Source: Ramazzottius varieornatus (taxonomy: Eukaryota; Animalia; Tardigrada). Taken from it: a DNA stretch of 64,000 nt. Under the pieces are notes generated by a model. It searched no databases. It was not told the origin of the DNA and was given only the letters and a program-made list of their open reading frames with translations. Every line of letters begins with the position of its first letter. Within the stretch, counting starts at the first letter, position 1. Below are positions 51,022 through 61,500 of the stretch, piece after piece. The translations under genes and the position numbers were made by a program. The stretch spans positions 3,407,826 to 3,471,825 of the forward strand of contig BDGG01000002.1 of assembly GCA_001949185.1 (NCBI GenBank). The letters are read 5' to 3'.

Positions 51022-52149
51022 GGTATACCAGATCGAGTATTCAAGTCTTCCACGGCCAGTTGCCTCTGTAGACTGACGCAGTAAACGGGCTCAAGGAACG
51101 ATGTGAAGGAGAATTTCGCGTGATGCCAAAAACCATCCTGTTCTTAGATTCTTATATATCATTCGTCAACCTGAGCAACCACTTAGCTGAAAAGGTTCCC
51201 GACAGATATAATCAAGTTGAGTGTGGTAGTAAAACAGTGAGCTAGCAAAGCTTCTGGGATGCGATGAGGATAATCAAATCAACATGGGTCTTTCGCGTGT
51301 TCAGCAGTCGTTCCTCATGGAAGAAGAACTCGTTGTCTCTGCGTCGAAACGTCAGTCAGCAGATCATCCCGAAGGATTAGGTTCAGCTGCGGAAGCATCA
51401 GCCTTACCTATGGTAATCACGCAATTGGTGAATAAGCTCTCGGGCTTCTTCGTGGCACTGATTCACAAGCATGCAACGGGGACACTGTAAGGAAACGATT
51501 CACCTCCTAAAAGACCGGATGGCATGTCGTAAAAATGACAGTTGTTTGGTCGGTTGATGATGAGTTTTACCTGTTGGTCACTGCGCACAGCTGCAAATAG
51601 CACGAACTGGTGTACCTTGGGGATTGCGTCTGGCTACGTAAGTGTAACAAATTGTGGGAGGATGATCACATCATACCAAACAACTGCTTAAATTTCACTT
51701 ATCCGTAAGCCGTATAATGGTGAAACGCGTAAACAGAACGGAAAGACACTTGCAAGAGATGCATAGTATCACTGAACAAAATAACCAGGATGGTGAAGAA
51801 AGATGTGGAAAAATCTCTGGAAAGCGGTTGCACCGTGGGGACCTCCGCCGCAAGTTTATGGGGGCGAACGTACGCTAAGTGAACAAATTACGAGAGACAG
51901 ATACGCCATCGAGTAAACGAACATTATAGTGTATGTGACGATAATATGTCAATGGATACAAAGCAGTCAGCAGTTGGCTATTGGGTTATCCGTCAGATGT
52001 TTTAATCAAGCTGTGCCTCAGAGAAAGATCTTCCAGCATGACAAGAAAGGCGACGACACAAGTTAGATGTCATTCTGATGGAAAAAGTACTGTATAAACC
52101 ACGCGATGCGAGAAGAAAGTGATTCTTCGGCCTGTTGGAACGAGGTCGT

Positions 52150-55100
52150 TCATTCTGACCGCCCAAAATAGTTGGTAAACGAAGCATACAGTCTCTCCCG
52201 TAAGTAGTCTTTGCCGGAAATGGGCGGATACTTGGTACTGCCGTCCAGACAGGTAACGATGTAGTCGTCATCTGGATGGAGAAAGAAGGCGATAGACTGT
52301 CGCTCTTTTGAGTTGCGATCCGGTTTTCCGAACGTCACTGCGTGGACCTGTGTGGATTAACTCAATTTTGCTAATTGGTCTTTCATCCAGTTCAGTCAAG
52401 TGTTTTCGGAGGACTAGCTATAGGCTACGGAAAAAATAATCCCAAGGTATTACCAAAGTTCACTGTCCCTACTCCCTGCGGGAACTTTGGTATTAATATT
52501 ACCAGCGTTGGACGGGCGATTTTGACAATGAAACACCATAAACACAGAAAAGCTCTCCAAGATCAAGTTCAGCCCAACTCGAAGACGGCAATCAATCAAT
52601 CGATATTTTTTCAGTCTTGAAAAACTGCTTCGAATGTGGTTAGAGCACTGAGGGACCATTNNNNNNNNNNNNNNNNNNNNNNNNNNNNNNNNNNNNNNNN
52701 NNNNNNNNNNGGGAAGAAATGCCAAAGACCACTTCCTGGAGCTGGAGAAAATCCCAAAGTTGCTTCGTCCACTGTAAAGCCAGTGCTATAGCCTGTATAG
52801 CGCTATACAAGACAACCCGAAAACTGCTCCTTTATTTGAGAAAACTCTAGATTTCATGTGCGTAAAATCAAGCTTCGACCTCATACAGTCTGCGACCAAC
52901 GAAAAGCGAACTTTCAGGAAAAATATCTTCGGCATATTTATCCGTACTATGGCGTTGTAACAGCTTCCGTTGGAAACTACGGAGAATACTTGAACTCGAG
53001 CTTTGCCATTCCTGATTGGTAAGACGTTCAGAACTTTATTTCACCCCTTGCACACGTGAAGTTGGGAAATTTTTTCCAAATAAAAGCAGTTTTGGGTCGT
53101 CTTGTATAGCGCTATACAGGCTATAGCACTGGCTTTACAGTGGACGAAGCAACTTTGGGATATTCTCCAGCTTTAGGAAGTGGTCTTTGGCATTTCGTCC
53201 CGATACTTTGAAGAGAGCCAACGCTCTCAGCTGTCACTTAGAAGCATTGATATCCTGATCGGCGAGTGACATGGTCTGAATGGTCCCTCGTGAGTCTCCT
53301 AAGTAGGAAAGATAGGATTTCCGCATCCATGACCAAGTTGCCAGTTCCAGTGGTTTGTGACAGGTCGCACGAGACAACTGCGTAATTGTCGATACCAGGC
53401 TGGCTAAATCACGCGGCCAACGCTGAGTGTTACTGTATGGGCAAGTATTTAGCCAGACCTCTGTCAGAGTACTCAGTAGTAGGTCTTGCTTTGTCCAGTA
53501 CGGCGGCACTTTTGAAGTGGACATCAAATGACTTACTGTGGAACGGAGTGTGTCCGAAGTCCATCGCTGCATAATATCTCCGATGTTGATAACGACAGTG
53601 CCTGGAATGGGTGTAACCGGCATAAAATGGCCGGGTGTGCTTTCTACTTCCAGCCCGCCCACGTCGTCCTGGTATAGGACCGTCAGCGTTCTGTAGAAAA
53701 ATATTCTCATCATCCTGCATGACGAATACCCAAGGCATTACAATTTAAATCGGAGGAAAGCCAAACATGGCTCAAGTAGCCAGCTATCTATAAATGTACC
53801 CATAGTCCGTATGAGCCCCGCATCGGGTTAAACTTTCGCCCTCTTCGTTGGACATTGAGCGCGCTGGATAATGTTGAATGCGTAGTGTGGTAAAGTTGCC
53901 GGGTCGCCCGATGAAGTGATGGGAATCTTCAGCGAAGACGTTCTCGTTTTCCTGACCGAGACCGACGGCAAGACATTGCAAAAACTTCTTGGAGAACTCC
54001 CAAGACTCGTCAAAGAGGTCTCTGCAAGCCATCCCGAATTCCGGGACCTCATGAGGTAGTCTCTAAACAGGGACATTGGAGTACTAAGCCACGTAGTCGA
54101 ATCATCGATACACCAGACACGAAAACCTAAAGGGTTGACCTTTGCATTAAAACAGTTTAGGGTTAACCGACCTGATCATCGTACGGAATGTAGTTATAGG
54201 ATTCTCGAACTTCTTCTCGCTTCGGTTGATCCAACCTACGAGACAGAAAATTGCCTAAACCAGAATCACTCCTTATGATTAACATTTCATATGAGTGGAC
54301 ACCCCGATCGGGCCAGCTTGCTACCACCTAGTTTACCGACGTGGGAAAATTCACTTTTCAAGCTGTTTTGATTGGGCTGCACCACACGTCGTTACACCAA
54401 CCAAAAGTTCGAAAAACTTGATTTGAAAAAGTTGTCGTACTGTTCACTTCGCACCTCCCCTGTCTTAATTTGTTCCGGAAAAAGATTTCTGGTCAGTATT
54501 TTTCCAGAAGTTAGCAAACAGGCCGTTGAATGGAACTAAATTGACGTCAGAGCTATTGATGGACAATAACCGCACGGAGATAGACTTGACGTAATGAGTG
54601 GTAGCTAGTTGGCCCCATCGGGGTGGTAGCCACCACTCATTATGTCAAGGCTATTTCCGTCACTCCGTGCGGTTATTACCTAGCTCTGACGTCAATCTAG
54701 TTCCATTCAACGACCTGTTTGCTATCTCCTAGAAAAATACTGACCAGAAATCTCTTTCTGGAACGTCGGAATCCAAATTAAGCCAGAGGAGATGCGAAGT
54801 GAAAAGTTCGACAACTTTTACAAATTTCAGGGTTATTTTTCCAGTTCTCAGTTGATGTCTTGCAGCACTGTCAACGGAAATAGTTAGAACATGAGCCGGG
54901 CTACAGAAGAACATGTTGATATCACGAATTCGCTGATCTGGAAAAGATTTAGAAGTTTTTCAAAATGGAGAAACTGGACGGTTTCAATTCGTTTGCCGAG
55001 TCAGCTCAGCGCGTTTGAAATCCTTCTCGATTCTTACCGGCCGGTTACGCAAAGTAGTGGTGAGCTTTTCAAATTAAACTAGGGTTAGAAACTCAATTAT

Positions 55101-55762
55101 GGATTTCTGCAGAATGCATTCCGGTCGGTGCGGTACGTCTTCCACACCGCAAGTTATTGCAGTCAAGTTTTTCGAACTGTTTGTAGGTGTACCGAGATGT
55201 GGCATGGCTCAATCAAAACAGCTTGAAAAGTTGTGTGAAATGTACGGATGCATGAGGGATTGACAAGCAAACTGAAATTTTCCCGTGTCGGTAAACTAGG
55301 TGGTAGCAAGTTGGCCCGATCGGGGTGTATGACAAAGCGTCAGCCATCAAAGGTTCGGTGAGATATACCTATGTACGTATTGAACCTACTTTTCTCTTCC
55401 CATTGGCACGTATCCGCAGCTTGGTTCAAACTTTGAAGATCTTAGACGACTGGCCTTAACTTCCATAGGCAAGTGGAAGACGTCTGTTGAAGCTATGAAG
55501 ACCGCGTCGATCTGTGAATGGAGGACGGTGGAAACTCTTAACAAGTCACATTGTGGTCTTGTTCTCGTTGCGCGTTGGCCGAGAGCCGTCGTCACTGTGC
55601 CTCCACGGCTCCACTTACCTTTTCTTGGGGAACCCCATGATTCTTCACATACATAAAACCAGCCGTCTTCAACACATGGGCAATCTGCTTCCCCAACTTT
55701 TCTTTCCCTCCAGCTTCATGGTAGATGGCGAAATCAACCAGAGGAATTTCAGACTGGCTCAT
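52150..55762 (-). CDS. 2-oxoglutarate/Fe(II)-dependent dioxygenase (IPNS/DIOX_N family)
   Basis: Motifs MSQSEIPLVDF..GFMYVKNHGV, LRIQHYP, RCGAHTDYG|TLTVLYQDDVGGLEV, VVINIGDIMQRWTSDTLRST|VH and RQSIAFFLHPDDD give the HxD...H triad and the RxS motif. About six exons; one intron spans an assembly gap. Confidence 0.88.
52711..53201. mobile_element. Fold-back/MITE element with ~120-bp TIRs in a dioxygenase intron
   Basis: 52711-52828 and 53085-53201 are near-perfect reverse complements. The element abuts the N gap at 52661-52710. Confidence 0.8.
54300..55327. mobile_element. ~1-kb non-autonomous fold-back element with an internal long palindrome
   Basis: TIRs CACCCCGATCGGGCCAGCTTGCTACCACCTAGTTTACCGAC / GTCGGTAAACTAGGTGGTAGCAAGTTGGCCCGATCGGGGTG-TA. 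Internal inverted arms lie at ~54420-54606 and ~54627-54825. Confidence 0.8.
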
Positions 55763-57262
55763 TTTGATATTCCATACACTGTACGTCTATAATTAATTGC
55801 AATAGTTTCGTAGAGAAAATCGAAAACTGGTTTGATTTTCGACCAGTAATCTGTCTCACTAGAAGCAAAATGATGTATCGGACGGACTGCAACGATCAAA
55901 GCTAGCACGAGGAATTTCCATCAAGCTTCTCAAGGAACAGACAGAGAGTGATTCAAGTGTTGCGACCGTCTGAAAGAAGAACGGACCTTGGCCAGGTCAA
56001 ATTATCAATCTTGTTGATCTCGTGACCTAGCTGTGGTTGTGGTAGTTACTGCCAGGCAGTAGCAGGTCCTAGGGCTGCCATCGACACCAGCGCCATCTGA
56101 CTGTGAATATTATCTCCTGATGTTCAACCTACCGCCCCATGCGCCCGCAAGTACCTTATCGACCTTAGATGTTTGACGCTTACCATTCTTTGCATCTCTT
56201 GACACTTCTGGAGCATCTCTAGAAACCAAGACGACCGGAAGAGCGTGTGTAACTAAATCTGTGCTTTTCAGAGTATGCTGGGCAATGGGACACACTCTTG
56301 GGCACGTTCTGGCACAGGAAGTGAACCGCTGCTTGTTCATCGAACTCGAGTTCGACGACGATCCCCATCATTTACGAAACAGAACGACACGAATTCCGAC
56401 CAAACGGCGAACTACGGGGGAAGTCTTGTGGCAGCGTCTCGCGCCTGACGGTCAATAAGCCGACGAGCCATATCCAGGGCAAGCTCACCTGCATGCAGGC
56501 AATGAAAGCGAGCCTCTCGTCTTCGAAGATTTTCCGCTCCGGCATTACCCACTACAAGACCGTGGTGGTGATGGGACTAATTCCTACGGTAGATTTGATG
56601 TTCCACGAGGCCTGCTGCAGTTTTGCGGCACTTCGCGCTGGTTGTTGAACTTGACGTTAATTCTGGACATGCAAGTGTGGCATCCGACTATTCAGTGACA
56701 CCATGGTGGAAGTATCACTGTATGGTTTCCATGCAGCACTTCTTCCAACTGGGACCCGATCTGCCCGAAATCAAACGATGTGTCCACTTCATCTCGAACG
56801 GGACAAGCACCATCTTTCAAGGCTGTTCACTTGCGAAAGGCTGCAGCTGTTGCGCTTCTTTGGAACAAATTTCCCGAGGATGAAGGTATGTGCCAAGTCC
56901 TTCTCTGGATTTGAGAGGGAAGGTATTCTCTGTGCAAAGTAATGCGGCAGTATCTCAAGAACGACTGGACCAGAGGGATGGTGGGTCAATGGGAACCGAC
57001 GATTGTTTTCTTCAAGGAAACTCAGCTCAGTTGGAGTGGCTGCTTGGAGTGGCCCCACTGCTTCCCAAAATACCTCGAACGGGGGTGGCGACAGTGCCGA
57101 CGTTCAACATGAAGCTTTCGCTCCGCAAAGCTGAGCACAGGGAAAGAGCCTTCACGTTACTGTAATTGTCGATGGCGGATGGCGTCGCCGACGTCGACTT
57201 TGATCTGGAACTGGGGAGACTACATGGCCACAGACCAGACCACCGCATCTTCCGCACTCCTG

Positions 57263-57844
57263 ACGAGGGAACGGTCAGGACGATCAGACGCCGATCTTCG
57301 TTTTGATGCTTTCACCTGACAGGTATGTCTCTTGGCTTACTTTAAAGAGCAGGAAGTGATGCCATGAACCCCTCCCTGGAGCTGGAGAAAATCCTGAAAG
57401 CGTTGAGCCATTGTCTACCTTGTATGGCACCACTAAGTTCTTGGGGTGTCTACTGGTCGTTGTATCGTGAGTAGCATGGAATCACCGGCAGCAAAAACGA
57501 AGTAAATGTATTCCTGAACACCTGTACTGTTTCAGGTAAGTCAAAGAAAGTNNNNNNNNNNNNNNNNNNNNNNNNNNNNNNNNNNNNNNNNNNNNNNNNN
57601 NTTACTTCGTTTTTGCTGCCGGTGATTCCATGCTACTCACGATACAACGACCAGTAGACACCCCAAGAACTTAGTGGTGCCATACAAGGTAGACAATGGC
57701 TCAACGCTTTCAGGATTTTCTCCAGCTCCAGGGAGGGGTTCATGGCATCACTTCCTGCTCTTCATAGTAAGCTAAGAAACCTACCTATCAGGTGAAAGCA
57801 TCAAAACGAAGATCGGCGTCTGATCGCCCTGACCGTTCCCTCGT
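57263..57844. repeat. Long inverted repeat (~243-bp arms) flanking an assembly gap
   Basis: 57263-57506 and 57602-57844 are reverse complements. They share CCTGGAGCTGGAGAAAATCC with the 52711 element. Confidence 0.75.
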
Positions 57845-58525
57845 GAGCACAACCACACTCGTCGACCTAGCGATGAGCTCATTTAATTTTACAGTGCCGG
57901 ACTTTTCTTTCCAACGCCGGATATTCATTCCGGATTCGTTTCTCTTATCGACTATTTTTACTTTCGAAGTCGGTCTTTCGAAAGTTTTCTGCGACCGACG
58001 TTCGACTCTGAAATACCCCAGGTTCACACCGGTCATGTACTGAACTGTGGTTCACTGGTTTCGGGTAGTGATAACTTCAATTGAACGGACTTCACGGACC
58101 AGGAAGAAAGACACAGAGAGCTGTTCGGAAGGAATGAAGTAGGAAAAGAGCAGTTAGAAAAAAGTGTGAAGTTAAAAACATGTTGTCAACATGTCAACTG
58201 AAAGCAGGCCGAGCCTTGTTCCAGTATCAGAAAGTTCACATGGACACCAAATTTATTCATATACGCTTCTCCAAAAGGCCGATAGAAAACAAGGCTTCCG
58301 AAAGCAAAAAAAGGGGAAAGAGAACAGCGCATTTCTTTCTCCATAACACAGTTTTTCAAAACATGGTGCAGTAACTAGTCAGATAGGAAATGAAGGCCTT
58401 TGGCGAGAGACTGGTTTCCAACAGGGCTCCTAAACAACATTCCAGCATTTAACAACTCATCAAAGCTTACAGTGGCACATGACAGATCTGACAGGAAGAA
58501 GGGGGGAAAGCCAAAGAGCAGCTAC

Positions 58526-61500
58526 TCATTTTTGGTCACTAATAGTTTGAGAGCAAAGATATGAACCTTGCGTGGGGTCGTCAGAGTCGCCCTCCGAAGA
58601 CTCCTCCTCGCCGCTGGAGGCCGGCAGGTGGATGGGGTTGGGCGTGCCACGACGACGGTAGAAGAGCAGGTAGGCACTAGAGGAGATGCCGTCCAGCTTA
58701 GTCTCGGTCTGGACGTACTCGTCGTCGAAGGAGCGCCAGGGGATCTCGTCGTCCTGCGTGTTGGGGACTTGGTAGCAGCGTGTGTAGGCCACGTAGTGAC
58801 CGAACCACGTCGAGCCACGGTGGTTGACTACACCGTATAAATCGTAAATGTACGGGCCACCATCACCTGGACCTGGAAAACAAAACCACGCATCAAATCC
58901 GGAAAATAAAAAGCAAAGGTGATAAGTACGTGGTCGAGACATGGACAGATGAGGTGAATCAGATCGTCATCTCGAATGGCGCACGTTTCCACTGCTACTG
59001 TATGGGCTGAAAGTCTGCGCCACTTGGAACGACCATCTGGTTCAAATCACTTTCACGCGCCCCAATTTCTGAAATTCCGAATGCTAGAAATTTGTGGGAA
59101 TCCTGATATAAATTTCCGAAGTAAGATCTGTGGATTTGGCTTTGTAAAGAAACTATTCCGTACTTAACCTGGTTTATACTTTATAGAACACATCGAACTG
59201 CAACTTTTCCCCTTTTTCTACGGTATTTTATGTTCTTACCAACAATGGACTTGGACATGTCCAGTTCTTCCGGGATTTCCACTGACGATTCAATCTTGTC
59301 TCGTCGCCACATTTCTCCACTGGGCTTGCTGAAACGCTTCAGTTGAAAGACGAGGACTGTAGGTAGACTCCAAATCTCAAACTTCTTCACCGCTTCCTGC
59401 GGCTTCTTGCACGCTGGACACATCCTGTCAACCACCATTCAACCTCTTAGACCCATTCCAGAAGACCAAATGACAAAAAGCTTACCAAGCATTACTCTGA
59501 TCCAGTACTTCCGGTTCCGTCAGCATCTCCACACAGTCATTCAGCGTGAAATCGTCTTTTGAGTTGCCATACCGTCGTTCTCGTTCATTCTTCAGGCTTC
59601 GACACGACTCATCTTCGTCTGCATCTAACACTTTGTCCTCAACCCGCAGAGGCAGAGTAGGGATGTTGTCCCACACCAGATGGAAGAGGCGCTTCCTCAT
59701 CAAGTTCTCCATCGCTTTCTCTGTGAATAAAGAATGGCTCAGTTCAACGGTAACCAAACTCAGAAAGTCCTCCTCACCGTCATTATCCATCTCATCCTTC
59801 CAAGAAGGCATCTTTTCCGCCTTGGGACGTTCCGTGGGCGGTTCGGGAAGGAGAGCGAAGGGGAAGCCGGTGGTGTTACCTTTGTCCATCATCATCTTCC
59901 TGGCCGTCTCGTTTGCGTTCCACTCCGTCAGTTCCGCCTCGTGATTGACGGACAGAGAAGATCCGACGCCTGAATCACAGTCGGAGAAGGTATCGCTAGG
60001 TGTACCGGTACGTTGCGGTGACGGCGAAGTGGGTTCCGACCGTTCAGTCACAGTAGAGTCCACAGCCGGAGGCGACTGCGGCTCGGCACTGCTGGAAAAA
60101 CTACTTGGCTCGCTAGGCGCGGGCGAGTCACCCGAACCAGTGGTGGACGACGGTCTCGACTGAGCTTTGGTGCCCCGCAAGACAGTCACCGACTTCCTAC
60201 AACAACACGATCACAATGTGGGATAAATATGGAGTTTTCCTACACCTGCCTACTCGAGTACCTCCATAACGGTAAGGCTTGGTGTATGCAGGTACTTGAA
60301 ACATGAACACTTCGGTGAGTGAGAAATGAGAACCTTTCTCAAACCTGCATACCGGAGTACCAACATAAGCATGAGACTCGGTATATGCAGCGGAATTTCT
60401 GGTCAAAGAAATTAAAACTGAAAACTAATTTGGAGGTTCCGAATCTATCTTAGTACCAGACCCAACATTTACTTACAACGCGCTTTTGGCCACTTTGATG
60501 AAGAAGTTAGTCTTGTTGAGCTGCTTTTCCCGGAGAGAGACGATGAAAGGCAGGCCCACTGCCGGACCATGAGCGTAGTTGCAGTCGCCCCTGTGCTGAG
60601 GCCAGTGTTTGATCTGGCACTCCCTGCAAACAAGATCCGTCACTTTCCGACCACAAACACGGATTTTGCAACAGCCTTTCCCGCTTCTTACTTGCCACAG
60701 TAGGAAACAGTATAACACTTGGTGCAACGTTTCTTATGGTGACTCTCCAGTCCCTTGCTGCATCCCCCACAGCGCGGTCGGTGGATGGACGGGTCTCGAG
60801 GAAGGCGAGTAAACTGCGTCACCACGAAGTTCTGTACCGGATCGCTAGCGTTCTCCCTCGTCAACACTTCAAAACTAGAACAAATCAAAACCCAAATATG
60901 ACGAACTTCCCAAACTGGAACGTGGGAAAATGAAATGCACCAGATCGCAATCTCAAGTGGCGCATATTTTCATTGGTATTGGGTGGGAGTGTGCGCCATT
61001 TGGACAAACGAACTGGTTCAAATGTCCTAGTTTTCCTTTTAAGTCCAAGAGCTAGTGCATTTTGGTTTACGAATTATATTTACATCAGGAAGCGCATATT
61101 TTCGTCCAGTTTGCTGCATGGGAAGTCGTTCTCTTTGGACATGACAATGCGATCGTGTACCGCACTGTCGGAAGGACGTTTAAGAATGAGAATCTCCGTG
61201 TTTTCCAACGGGACATCGCCCAAGTGCGGCTGTAGGACCTTCCTGTCCTGACAGAACTTGTGGTCCTTGTTAAAAGTTACACGGAACTAAAAATACACCA
61301 AATTCACTTTCTCAACTTGCACAAAATACTATCGACTAAGATAAGGTACCTTTTTCACTGGCTTCTGAAGATCGATGGAATAAAACCTGCATTCAATGAC
61401 GATACCATGCCGCGGGACAGGAACTGACACGCACTGGTACGCGTCAAACTTGATGTTTTTCTGCGAAGAAATAGTGAAGAGGAGCCTCAGAAAACAAAGG

